The translations under genes and the position numbers were made by a program. From the IMG/VR virus record IMGVR_UViG_3300037467_003067, positions 96,001-160,000 of that record: a DNA stretch of 64,000 bases; one strand, 5' to 3'. Origin of the DNA: a virus (lineage: Duplodnaviria; Caudoviricetes). A model generated the notes under the pieces. That model did no database searches. It was not told the origin of the DNA and worked only from the letters and a program-made list of their open reading frames with translations. Of this stretch, positions 45,987-55,688 are shown piece by piece (position 1 is the stretch's first letter; each line of letters starts with the position of its first letter).

Positions 45987-46769
45987 ATGATGCGGGAACT
46001 TCATCGAAAGATCGAGTGGATGAATCACGGTGGTCATATCGCTCAAGTCTACTCCACGGGCTTGGAATATGCCTTCTGTACCCTGGATTACAAGCAGCAC
46101 CTCCCTTGGGTTTACTGCAAGGACTTCCTCCACGATGCCGTGTATTCGTTCCTTCACGGCACCAATCTCAGTATCTACGGTTATCAGTACGATCCGAAGA
46201 GCCAGCCCGCGCCCAATCTGAAGCGGATGCGGCTGCTGGTCGCTAACAAGAGCGACAACGATTTCGGTAGTAAAATCGAGAACGTCGTCGATTTCGTCAA
46301 TCAGGTCGAAAAGGACCTGAAGATTCCCTCATTCACTCGGGCATTTAAATGCGTCGATCCACCCGAGGTGTATAAGACTTGCGGTGTGTACATGTTCAGC
46401 GGCAGTCATCATTGGCTTCTCTCGCCGCCAATGATTAGTCTCTTCACCCTGTCAGTGCGGGCTGGTTTTGTTCACACCAAGGGCAATCCCTACAAGCAGA
46501 CCATCGATTCCATCATCGCTGGTCAGATCCCATCCTACCAAACCGCAGATGTCTTGCAACTCAAAACGGCGAAGGTCGGGCTTGAACGCCTGGTCCGGGA
46601 CGGCTATCAGACCGTCTTTGGAAATGACATGAAAGCGAACTATCCGCCAGGCATTGCGATTGGTACAATGCATAACAACTTCGGCATCGTGAGTTTCTCA
46701 AAAGAACTCACAAAAACCCATGTTCCGGCATGGCATGCTGTTTCCTCTGCTGAACCCGTCCAGGCGTAA
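45987..46769 (+). CDS. hypothetical protein of a COOH-NH2 ligase module
   Basis: GGGAGG SD; directly precedes the ligase. Confidence 0.7.
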   Translation: MMRELHRKIEWMNHGGHIAQVYSTGLEYAFCTLDYKQHLPWVYCKDFLHDAVYSFLHGTNLSIYGYQYDPKSQPAPNLKRMRLLVANKSDNDFGSKIENVVDFVNQVEKDLKIPSFTRAFKCVDPPEVYKTCGVYMFSGSHHWLLSPPMISLFTLSVRAGFVHTKGNPYKQTIDSIIAGQIPSYQTADVLQLKTAKVGLERLVRDGYQTVFGNDMKANYPPGIAIGTMHNNFGIVSFSKELTKTHVPAWHAVSSAEPVQA

Positions 46770-46829
46770 AGAGGTAAGGGGTTTTCAGGTCGAAAACCCC
46801 TTTGCCCGTCTCAAGGAAGAGAGGCGTGA

Positions 46830-47780
46830 ATGCATCCGTTTAGCTTTGGCAGTGATCCCGAATTGATGTTAATGACCGAGCAGGGCGAGCTTCGGTCTGC
46901 AATCAAGATCGTCCACGGCAATGTTCATAACCGGATCGAGGCTGAGGGTCACGCCTTCTACCACGATAACGTCAACGTAGAGATGGCGATTCGTCCTGGA
47001 GTTGGTAAGACCGAAGTGGTCGAGAACTTCCGGCAAGCGTTCAAGCTCTGTGCCGATATGGTCGCACCATTCCGGTTGGTCGCCCGTGCCTCTGCCGATT
47101 TCCCGGAATCTGAATTGGATGACCCGGAATCCAAGGTTATCGGGTGCAACGCCGAATTCTGCGCCTATGTTCTCCAAGAGTTGGAGAAACCGGTCGCTGA
47201 ATTCGAGACCTCTACGTTTCGCACGGCAGGTGGTCATATCCACTTGGGAGCGGACGAGGGCGCTTTGTACCATGACCCGATGTCCGTCAAGCTGGACTTC
47301 CTCTTCGTGGTCCGGTGCCTCGACCTCTTCGTTGGCATTCCGGCTCTGTGGATGGACCACGATCCCACCTCTGCTCGTCGCCGGGAGATCTATGGTCTCG
47401 CAGGGAGCCATCGCTATAAGCCCTATGGGGTGGAGTACCGCTCGATATCCAATTTTTGGCTCGCCAGCCCCAAACTGGTTCGGGTGGTTCATGACCTCTG
47501 TGAGTTCACGATCGATTTCGTGGAACAGGGCAAGCACCGGCAGTTCTGGGAACTAGATCAGAAAAAACTCAATTCGGGGGTTGAAGCGAGCAAGTGTATC
47601 CAAGTAGTCAACAACTACCCTCAGGATGCCATCCGTGAGGCAATCAATACGGGTGACAAGCAACAAGGTCGTCAATTGTTGACCTTGGCTGAGTCCTACA
47701 TGCCTCGTGGACTCGTCAAGGATGTCCATGCGTGCTTCGAGCCGGTCCAGTATGACTTTTATAAGGAATGGGTGTTGTGA
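46830..47780 (+). CDS. phiEco32-like COOH-NH2 ligase (type 2)
   Basis: GSDPELM, DNV.VE, GC.A.F.AY, RTAGGHIHLG, RRR..YG.AG..R.KPYGVEYRS.SNFW. Confidence 0.85.
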   Translation: MHPFSFGSDPELMLMTEQGELRSAIKIVHGNVHNRIEAEGHAFYHDNVNVEMAIRPGVGKTEVVENFRQAFKLCADMVAPFRLVARASADFPESELDDPESKVIGCNAEFCAYVLQELEKPVAEFETSTFRTAGGHIHLGADEGALYHDPMSVKLDFLFVVRCLDLFVGIPALWMDHDPTSARRREIYGLAGSHRYKPYGVEYRSISNFWLASPKLVRVVHDLCEFTIDFVEQGKHRQFWELDQKKLNSGVEASKCIQVVNNYPQDAIREAINTGDKQQGRQLLTLAESYMPRGLVKDVHACFEPVQYDFYKEWVL

Positions 47781-48442
47781 GCAATTACAACAATCTTTAC
47801 TGGTACTCCGAACACAAAACGACGCCACTGAAAGGTGGCATCGTTTTGTTGCCGGGACGGCATAATTTCGGGTACAACCTGCTTCGCTCTTACTCCCGGA
47901 ATCTGAACTGTTCGGAGATTGGTCTTTTTTCGATCACTCCTCCCTTGAGCCAAGGATGGTATCCGCCGCCCAATGGTCCGAATGATCAAGTACAGGCAGT
48001 CATGGGACTAGACCGTTCGGCGAAGTTGATCGAGAAGATCATCCAAACGATTCAGGAGCAACATTCCCTGCCTCGGGAAAAGATAGTCGTCGCAGGGTTT
48101 TCAATGGGGGCGGTCGCTGGAGTCCATTGGGCGATCCACACCAATGATCCTGTGGCTGCCTTGGTCTGCCACTCTGGAGCGATCTTGGAACCTTGGAAGG
48201 TTCCTCAAGCTCGGCATTCCATGCCGATCATCCTCAACCACGGACAAGACGACTATTGCTTCGAATGGGAAGAGAGGTATCTCCCCATGAAGCGGGCGTT
48301 GTCAAAGAAGGGTTATGACCTCTGGCTCGTTGAGCGACCTGAGGGCAACCATACCATTCTCAACAGCGATGTCGCATGCCTGCAGGAATTCTTGGAAGAA
48401 AAATTCAAGATGTCGCTGGCATGGAGTGCGTGGGAAAATTGA
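47768..48442 (+). CDS. alpha/beta hydrolase (phospholipase/carboxylesterase)
   Basis: VVAGFSMGA, HSG, NHGQDD, GNH. Confidence 0.8.
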   Translation: MGVVSNYNNLYWYSEHKTTPLKGGIVLLPGRHNFGYNLLRSYSRNLNCSEIGLFSITPPLSQGWYPPPNGPNDQVQAVMGLDRSAKLIEKIIQTIQEQHSLPREKIVVAGFSMGAVAGVHWAIHTNDPVAALVCHSGAILEPWKVPQARHSMPIILNHGQDDYCFEWEERYLPMKRALSKKGYDLWLVERPEGNHTILNSDVACLQEFLEEKFKMSLAWSAWEN

Positions 48443-48518
48443 ACTCAAACTGGGCGCATGACTAATTGGGAAATGCGGATAATGACCATCCGCATTTCTT
48501 ACCTCATTCAGAAGGACC

Positions 48519-49418
48519 ATGGTAATGCGATGTTTTGTAACGGGCGGCACCGGGTTTATCGGCTTTAATCTGGTCAAGAAACTAAAAGAGAATGGTCACG
48601 AAGTAGCCATCTCTACAATCACTACATCTGAAAACCCGGCATTAGCTCCCGTTCTCGGCTCCACACTGAGACTCATCAAGGACGAAGCGTTCTCCTACAA
48701 CGACGTCGTCTTCCATTATGCCGCCAATAACACCACGCAAGACAAGAACGAAAGCGAGATGATGGAGGCGAATTTCCACGCTCCCGTAGATCTTTTCAGG
48801 AAGTTTGCCGATAAGGGATGTCGCCGTTTCATCTACGCTTCCTCTGCAGCGGTCTATGGCAATTCGCCCGCACCGTTCAACGAGTCCTCAACTCCGCTGA
48901 ATCCGCTCACGCCATATGCTAAATCTAAGATAGAATTTGACCAATGGGCGATGGACTTCGCTTCAGATCGGAAAATCAGCGTTGTCGGTCTGAGGCTCGC
49001 CAACGTCTATGGACCAGGCGAGTCCCACAAGAAAAGCCGCGCCAGCATGATCTACACGATGATGTTCCGTGTAGCTCGGGGGGAACGTCCCAATTTGTTC
49101 TGGGATGGCTCTCAGCAGCGAGATTGGGTCTATATCAAAGATGTAGTCCAGGCGAATCTCGCTGCCATGAAATACAAAAATGGCAGTCTTATCGCCAACA
49201 TTGGTTCAGGTCAAAGTTGGTCGTTCAATGATATCTTGAAGAGAGTCAACAAGAACGCCAATGAACGATATCCAGCGTATTTCATCCCCAATCCCTATTT
49301 TGAGACTTACCAAGACCATACCGAATGCGACATTTCGCTGGCGGTTAAGGAATTGGACTACAAACCGGAATACGATCTGGTCGATGGGATAGCAGATTAT
49401 CTCAAGTCATGGTCGTGA
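48519..49418 (+). CDS. NAD-dependent epimerase, ADP-heptose 6-epimerase (HldD/RfaD)-like
   Basis: VTGGTGFIG, YASSAAVYG, PL..YAKSK, GLR..NVYGPGE.HK..RASM, RDWVYIKDV, IPNPY...YQ.HT. Confidence 0.8.
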   Translation: MVMRCFVTGGTGFIGFNLVKKLKENGHEVAISTITTSENPALAPVLGSTLRLIKDEAFSYNDVVFHYAANNTTQDKNESEMMEANFHAPVDLFRKFADKGCRRFIYASSAAVYGNSPAPFNESSTPLNPLTPYAKSKIEFDQWAMDFASDRKISVVGLRLANVYGPGESHKKSRASMIYTMMFRVARGERPNLFWDGSQQRDWVYIKDVVQANLAAMKYKNGSLIANIGSGQSWSFNDILKRVNKNANERYPAYFIPNPYFETYQDHTECDISLAVKELDYKPEYDLVDGIADYLKSWS

Positions 49419-49449
49419 AAAAGCTGGCAGTCTAACTACCAGCTTTTTC
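49417..49449. terminator. bidirectional terminator
   Basis: GAAAAAGCTGG...CCAGCTTTTTC between convergent genes. Confidence 0.7.
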
Positions 49450-49476
49450 AATTTTTAGAACAACCCGGAACTAGGC

Positions 49477-50541
49477 TTAGCGGATTTCTCCGATGCGTCC
49501 GGTAGGAGCATAACCGACTTCGCCTGGTTTCGGAGCGACGGTCTCTTCCTCGCGAGGAGGAGCGTACAACGCATCTTCAACGACGCTGTCATGAACGCCG
49601 TCGCTGTACTTGCCGCCACGGCGACCAATCTGACCTGCCAGGCTCTTGAAGAAGGCAGAGTTCAGGCGATTCGCCGTGGGCATTGGCGCGTTGTGAATCT
49701 CACAGGCGAGGCTGCCGCAAGTGCCGCAAATGCGGTTTTCGTTCTTGACGGTCTTGGCTGGAACCTTGCCGCCAGTCTTCTCGGGGGACTTACCAGGGTC
49801 CTTCTTGCCGCCCTTAACGGTCTTGAACATTTCCTTGCCGGTTTCCTTACCGCCCTTCTTGATTTCACCCTTATCAGAGGTCTTATCGAGCCAAGGGATC
49901 GCCTTCTTGCCGCCGCAGGAAACGCCATCAGTCATGTACTTTTTCATGAATTTGTCCATGATGTTACTGCCGCACATCTTGCAGAACTTGGCATTGCTAT
50001 CCGGTTCGTGATGACCACACTTGGCACAGACGCGGCTCTTGGCGGATCTAGGAGTGCCCATGTCATCGCCAAGTCCACTCATTCCGGCATTATCGAGACC
50101 ATTGTTGTCACCGAGGTCGTCATCGCTGTCGCCCCCGTCCAGATCATCATCGTCACCATCGAAATCATCGTCATCGGAATCATCACCTTCGAGGTCATCA
50201 TCCGAATCATCATCAAGGTCATCGTCATCGTCGTCATCAGAATCGCCACTGCCGAAAGGATTGCCCTTGTTGTCGTCGCCATCAAGGTCATTGTCATCGT
50301 CATCATCAGAATCGCTACCGCCGAAAGGATTGCCCTTGCTGGGCTTCTTGGGCGATTCTTCATCATCCATGTCATCGCCGAGCATATACTTTCTCAGTTT
50401 CAACTTGGTCTCTTCTAAAGACCAATTTGAAGCACCGGTCCCTCCGACGACACCACCTACTACGGTAGGCTGTGCGAGAACCGAGCCGAATGTGTTGACG
50501 AAGTTCTCGTCCAACATCTTCCATTGCTTGTATGTGATCAT
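49477..50541 (-). CDS. Asp-rich low-complexity protein with zinc ribbon and capsid-targeting-like N-terminus
   Basis: MITYKQWKMLDE; KGNPFG..DSDDDDD repeats; CAKC...CKMC; Lys-rich segment. Confidence 0.7.
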   Translation of the reverse strand: MITYKQWKMLDENFVNTFGSVLAQPTVVGGVVGGTGASNWSLEETKLKLRKYMLGDDMDDEESPKKPSKGNPFGGSDSDDDDDNDLDGDDNKGNPFGSGDSDDDDDDDLDDDSDDDLEGDDSDDDDFDGDDDDLDGGDSDDDLGDNNGLDNAGMSGLGDDMGTPRSAKSRVCAKCGHHEPDSNAKFCKMCGSNIMDKFMKKYMTDGVSCGGKKAIPWLDKTSDKGEIKKGGKETGKEMFKTVKGGKKDPGKSPEKTGGKVPAKTVKNENRICGTCGSLACEIHNAPMPTANRLNSAFFKSLAGQIGRRGGKYSDGVHDSVVEDALYAPPREEETVAPKPGEVGYAPTGRIGEIR

Positions 50542-50676
50542 TCTGAATCTCCAAAAGTGTGAGTCGTCAGGGTTATATATTAACAGCAACCTAATTTAAA
50601 ATATTCAAATTAGACTTAAACTTGCCAATTATATATGCATTGAGATTTGATATTCGATCTCATAATTCCTATATAA

Positions 50677-51111
50677 TTGGTAATGCTTAATCAATTCAGA
50701 TTCAATACATCTCGTTTCGCTCCAGGATTTTTACACATCTCCACGGATACAATGGAGTGCGAGGCTTCGTGTACGGCCGAGTTGACCTTAGTAGCGGCTG
50801 CATCTTGCTCGATGGAGTGCGTTGCCCGAGTGGTCGCAATCCCGTCCTACAGTAATATCAATTGCCGAGGAACCTGGAGATGTAGTGACGAATCCTTGTC
50901 GCTATGCGCTTCAAAGGTTCTTGCCAAAAGTGATCCTGTGCCTTGGGCAAATTCGACTTGGGCTTACGTTCCAGCCATCACCGTCTGTAACAACCGACTT
51001 TATGCCCAAGAAATCGGCTCTCAGGGACAATATGTTTCTTCTCTCAGTTACTCTACAACAAAGCCAAAATCCAAGGTAGTAGGCATCAGGAAACCAATTC
51101 GCTTGAAATGA
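50677..51111 (+). CDS. hypothetical (possibly virion) protein
   Basis: TATATA immediately upstream; internal MEC repeat. Confidence 0.5.
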   Translation: MVMLNQFRFNTSRFAPGFLHISTDTMECEASCTAELTLVAAASCSMECVARVVAIPSYSNINCRGTWRCSDESLSLCASKVLAKSDPVPWANSTWAYVPAITVCNNRLYAQEIGSQGQYVSSLSYSTTKPKSKVVGIRKPIRLK

Positions 51112-51133
51112 TTTCCTGATGCTTGCGGGCTTA

Positions 51134-51514
51134 TTATGCACTTTCGGGCGGCAATACGGTTGCATTAGCTAATTTGGGATGATTTAAAGCTGCCTGATAC
51201 AAGATGGTGCCTATTGTGGTATAAGCAGCCATAAAATCTGTATTAGCCATCAACTCTGCGAGCGTCGGAAAGACGATCGGATCAACTGGCGGATCTGCAT
51301 TAGGATTACCGGGTACCAGAGTTTCTCCAGCGAAAATATTAATTTGGTCAATAGGAACTCCTACCCAAGCTGCTTCGGTGGGATTGACATTAAACGTTAC
51401 ACGTCCGGAACCATTTGAAACATCGATCCCAATTCCAGAAATCCATACATAGGCTGCATCGATTGGATTTGATGGATCGTATTTGTTTGGATAATTTGTT
51501 ACTTGCAGTGCGAT
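51134..51514 (-). CDS. tail-fibre-associated hypothetical protein with non-canonical ATC start
   Basis: Not in track. AAAGGGAGGT-gtacc-ATC GCA CTG CAA..., 126-aa open frame ending TAA TAA. Confidence 0.65.
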   Translation of the reverse strand: MALQVTNYPNKYDPSNPIDAAYVWISGIGIDVSNGSGRVTFNVNPTEAAWVGVPIDQINIFAGETLVPGNPNADPPVDPIVFPTLAELMANTDFMAAYTTIGTILYQAALNHPKLANATVLPPESA

Positions 51515-51555
51515 GGTACACCTCCCTTTCTAATAAGTTAAATGTTTTAATTACT

Positions 51556-54500
51556 TTAATTGTTTGCGATGACATACCACTTGCTTGACCCATCGCTGGC
51601 GACCGTGACATATTTGTTTGCTGAGGCCAAGGGATAGGTGCCACTCCCGTCGATTGTGTCTGATACGGCAGCCGTCACTGTAGCTGTGCCTGTGGTGGTG
51701 GATTTGACCGTAAATTGGCGTCCGATTATAACACCAGATGCGGCTGGCAAAGTTACTGCAAAGTCGCCCGAACTGGTATCGGTAAGCACGATTGAATCAT
51801 TTGTCGTTATGGTATATGCCGTGGTCTTAATAGCGCTGATAGCTGTTGCGATGCCGCTAAATGTTGCCACACCTGATGATGTGATTGTTGCCAACGCGGT
51901 CCCCGTGCTGTTTTGCCACTCCTGGAGGTTAGCTGTTTGGCTTGCTGTCCCCTTAATGGTCAAGCCCTTGGTGGTTGTCGCATTGGTGGTGACTTGGAGT
52001 TGACCATCGGGGTTCACCTCATTGATGCTTACTTTTCCGCCAGAGGCGTTGTTCAACAGAATACTTGACCCGTTTATCAGAATCGATTTCGCAAACGATG
52101 AAGTAAAAATCTGTCCTTGATCGCTTGTATCAGCCTTCAGGAAGAATGCTGAACCGCTGGCGGGATTAGCGAACGAAAATGAGATCACCTTATTGTTCGC
52201 TAATTTGATTGCCTCGGAAGTATCGGTAGAGGCTGCCCCAATTCCCAATCTACCAAGCGAGTCAATCGAAGCAAAAACCGTACCCGTGGAATCTTGCCAC
52301 TCCTGGAGGTTGGCTGTCTGGCTTGCGAAACCCTGGACAATCATTCCCTTGGTCGTCGCCGCATTGGGGGCAACCAAGAGTTGGGCACCCGGCGGCGCGT
52401 TGGTCCCAAGACTCAACTGACCATTCACATACAAGGCCGCGTTGAACGTGGAATTGACACCCAGATACATGACCGATGCGTGTTCGGTATAGAGAAAGCC
52501 GAAACTGTTATTCTGACCGAGCTTTGTTGACTTGCCGGTAGTCGTATTCGAAGAAACAATCTGGTTGAAATTCTCTGCCCCGGAAGCGATGCAATTCCCC
52601 GCAAAGCTTGCCCCAGCGGCTGCAAACGCACCGCCCGAAGAGATCGAAGCGAGAGAAACTCCGGTTGAATCTTTGACTTCGAGCAAATTCCCCGTCTGGC
52701 TCGCCGCCCCCTTGACCAGCAAGGCAGTCCCGGCCGCGTCCCGATTGGTAATTTGCAGTTGGGCACCGGGAGACGGCTCATTGATACCGATAAGACCAAA
52801 ATTGTCGATACGCATCCGCTCGGCCAATGTCGCGTGCGGATAATTGGTGTAAAACGCCAAGGCCCCGGTAAGATTGGCACTCGTTGGAGCAATCGCCGCA
52901 ATCTTCGCCTGATAATAGGTCTCATCGCTAGGAGTCGAGGCACCGCTCGTCGGCACAAAGAACCTGAGATCGACACTATTATTATCGGCTTGAGCCTGCG
53001 TGCTACGCAAATCAAAAGCTTTCGCGTGCGTCCCACCCGCAATCGCGATCGACGTACCCGTTCCATTCGGACGCAATTCAATATTCTGATTAGATTGCGT
53101 ATTCATGGTAAGAGGTCCGAATTGAGACGAGGTTACTATCGTTTCATTGTTTCCTAGTACGTTGTAGCCAATCCTCAATAGATCGGGCGTAGCGTTGGCA
53201 CCGAAAGATGCGACATAGCCGGAAGTCACCTTGGTTACGGAGAAAGTGCCGCCCGCCCCGAAGTAACCGAGTACACCCCCTACGCTATCCCTCCACTCCT
53301 GAAGATTAGCGGTTTGTGAGGTAGCACATTGGACGATTGCGGGCACGGTCGTCGCGGTAGCGGCGGTTGCGACAATGCTCCCACCGTAAATATTGAGCCA
53401 CTGATTGGTGGGTGCACCCAATGAGACAGTGTTGTTGTTGTCCGGATAGATAGCTGCCTGATAGAAGGAGATATTTTGAGTGCCGCTACTCACAATAAGC
53501 CCGGCAGCGGCTGGTGCCGACACAATAATATTGTTCGCATCAATCGATATGTAACCAACATTGCCCGGTGCGAGCAATGAGAGGCTTGTAGTCCCATGGA
53601 TACTAAGTTGTCCCCCGCCAGTAATATTGGAAGCACTACCATTCAAGGCAAGGCTGCCCGAAGTCGATGTGGTTCGCCCAATCGACAGAGTGTCAAAGGC
53701 TCCAGCCCCTACCGTGGAATTGAAGAAGAACGAATCGTCGCCGTCTGTCTTCATGCGAAAGGTTATGTCTCCACTCACATCATCATGGTTGAATCCACCA
53801 ATCGGAGTCGTATCTTCCAAATTCCAATTGATTTGAGATGAGTTGAACTGTACGACCACGTCAGACGGCTTACCGACGTCAAAGGTGGTATGTAAGGTGA
53901 TGGGGCGAACCTGACCCTCTTCGGGACGATCGGGGCGAGTGCTCGCACAGATATGCCGCTCACACATCCATGAGCCGCCCTCTTGGTAATTGATTTCCCA
54001 AAAATCGTAATATGTTTTTTCGTCGGGGTTGTACGCCACACCATCCTGACCATGACAGTTATAACCAATTCGGAATGAGCTTGTCTCCGGAGCACCGGGC
54101 GGGGTCTCGGGGTCGCCATTAGGGTGGTGCGACATCGTTGTAAGGAACGGTGCGGCTAGCAAGGGGTCGGCAGAGTAATACCTTTGGAAGAATGTCGTCG
54201 TATTGATGGACGCATCCTGGACGATAACGCCATCCTTATCGATATAGGTCGGGGAGGTACCATCGCTGTATTGCCACTCAGTCATATTGGCGGTAGGTGT
54301 AGCTGCTGCCTGAACAATCAACCCCTTGGTTGTCGTCGAAGTAGCCGTTACTTGAAGTCGACCGTCAACCTGCAGTAGTTTAGTTGAGTCATTCCAGGAC
54401 AACGACGTTGATTGTCCAAGTTGACTTGAAGAGTCAACAAAGAGAACGCTGTTAGGAGTGCCGCCAGAAACCGACCCGCCAACCTTGCCACCTGCTTGAC

Positions 54501-54825
54501 CTTCGATTGTGCCAATAGCAGTGTGGATATCTAATAGATACCCAGCGGTCATGGCGATTTCGACAACATCATCTACAACCAAAGCAATATCAGATGTGCC
54601 TTCTATGACTGCAGCGATAGTCAACGTATTGCCAGTTATGCTGGTTATTTTGAAGATTGCATAAGCATCATCGCTCATTCGGCGACAAGTCACTCGGATC
54701 GGTGCCGAGGGCGAAGGCGTGCCGAAGAGGCTGCCGTTTGCGACGACCAATGTACCGGAGCTAATTTCGTGATTTGCGGTCAAAACCGATCTGACATCGT
54801 TTATTGGTGTTGTAAAAATCGACAT
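51556..54825 (-). CDS. tail fibre protein
   Basis: 1089 aa; five QTANLQEWxxSxG-type repeats; ERMRID..G.IGIN..SP; C-term VTLPAAS...G..F.VK...DTIDG. Confidence 0.8.
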   Translation of the reverse strand: MSIFTTPINDVRSVLTANHEISSGTLVVANGSLFGTPSPSAPIRVTCRRMSDDAYAIFKITSITGNTLTIAAVIEGTSDIALVVDDVVEIAMTAGYLLDIHTAIGTIEGQAGGKVGGSVSGGTPNSVLFVDSSSQLGQSTSLSWNDSTKLLQVDGRLQVTATSTTTKGLIVQAAATPTANMTEWQYSDGTSPTYIDKDGVIVQDASINTTTFFQRYYSADPLLAAPFLTTMSHHPNGDPETPPGAPETSSFRIGYNCHGQDGVAYNPDEKTYYDFWEINYQEGGSWMCERHICASTRPDRPEEGQVRPITLHTTFDVGKPSDVVVQFNSSQINWNLEDTTPIGGFNHDDVSGDITFRMKTDGDDSFFFNSTVGAGAFDTLSIGRTTSTSGSLALNGSASNITGGGQLSIHGTTSLSLLAPGNVGYISIDANNIIVSAPAAAGLIVSSGTQNISFYQAAIYPDNNNTVSLGAPTNQWLNIYGGSIVATAATATTVPAIVQCATSQTANLQEWRDSVGGVLGYFGAGGTFSVTKVTSGYVASFGANATPDLLRIGYNVLGNNETIVTSSQFGPLTMNTQSNQNIELRPNGTGTSIAIAGGTHAKAFDLRSTQAQADNNSVDLRFFVPTSGASTPSDETYYQAKIAAIAPTSANLTGALAFYTNYPHATLAERMRIDNFGLIGINEPSPGAQLQITNRDAAGTALLVKGAASQTGNLLEVKDSTGVSLASISSGGAFAAAGASFAGNCIASGAENFNQIVSSNTTTGKSTKLGQNNSFGFLYTEHASVMYLGVNSTFNAALYVNGQLSLGTNAPPGAQLLVAPNAATTKGMIVQGFASQTANLQEWQDSTGTVFASIDSLGRLGIGAASTDTSEAIKLANNKVISFSFANPASGSAFFLKADTSDQGQIFTSSFAKSILINGSSILLNNASGGKVSINEVNPDGQLQVTTNATTTKGLTIKGTASQTANLQEWQNSTGTALATITSSGVATFSGIATAISAIKTTAYTITTNDSIVLTDTSSGDFAVTLPAASGVIIGRQFTVKSTTTGTATVTAAVSDTIDGSGTYPLASANKYVTVASDGSSKWYVIANN

Positions 54826-55271
54826 TAATTATCCAATCTTATATCTAGGCGACCTATCTCGAAACGAACACGATCGCCAACACTTATTGTTTTTGATGTA
54901 TTCAAAGAACCCCAAAATAAGACGTTGCCGGTGCCTACCGTTAACGAATCCATAATGGCAACATGTGTGATGCTTCCCCAAGTCGATGTGGCAGCAGCGA
55001 ATTCGACAGCAACCGCATTCTCAGTTGTTCCGTTTGTTCCAGAAGAAGGACCACTGATATTGCCATGGGTTCCTGTCCAAAGAGACGCATCCGGTCCCAT
55101 TTCTATCCGCTCATATTCAGGGGCATCAACTTCAATGATCGTTCCGCCCGTGCTTGTGTCGTCAGGAGCGGCTTTGAGCAGGGCAATAGCGATCGTCGAA
55201 GGAGTATAAGAAATCCCACGGAAGATATGATCGATTAGCTTATTTTCCAAATAATTAGACATCGCAGCCAT
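54825..55271 (-). CDS. phage tail/virion structural protein
   Basis: MSNYLENKLIDH...F..AT..WG.ITH..I.D....GNVLF.G.L..SKTI..GD. Confidence 0.75.
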   Translation of the reverse strand: MAAMSNYLENKLIDHIFRGISYTPSTIAIALLKAAPDDTSTGGTIIEVDAPEYERIEMGPDASLWTGTHGNISGPSSGTNGTTENAVAVEFAAATSTWGSITHVAIMDSLTVGTGNVLFWGSLNTSKTISVGDRVRFEIGRLDIRLDN

Positions 55272-55317
55272 GAAACAGTACCTTTCTTAGTGTTTATCTA
55301 TCTACTTAAAATACAAG

Positions 55318-55623
55318 TTATCTATTTAATTTCTCGCGAATAGCCGCCCGGCGCATTCTTTCGATGCTGCGACGTGCCGCATCCATCCCAGCCGGACTCA
55401 AGTTCTGCGTGCTAGGATGACTGATCTCCTGCTTCTGAACTACAGGAACAAGTTGATTTGACTGAACATGAGCCTCGGGGTGAGACTGTGCCGCGACAAT
55501 GGTCGGATTTGGTCTGGGTGTTTGATTCGCCCTCAATTGCTGAATATTCTGAGAAGCAATGGTTTGATTGCGGGGAGAAAAATTATTGACTTTAGGCTTA
55601 TTCTTCGAACATCCACAACCCAT
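55318..55623 (-). CDS. hypothetical protein (MGCGC start)
   Basis: 101 aa, Q/N/P-rich. Confidence 0.6.
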   Translation of the reverse strand: MGCGCSKNKPKVNNFSPRNQTIASQNIQQLRANQTPRPNPTIVAAQSHPEAHVQSNQLVPVVQKQEISHPSTQNLSPAGMDAARRSIERMRRAAIREKLNR

Positions 55624-55688
55624 GTTGCCCCCTATGTTAAATAACCTTTTATATATACTATTTTAATTGCAACTATTTGGAGAAGAAA

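Noticed and set aside
51556-54825. Diversity-generating retroelement or invertible tail-fibre cassette
   Set aside because: No reverse transcriptase, template/variable repeat pair or invertase visible.
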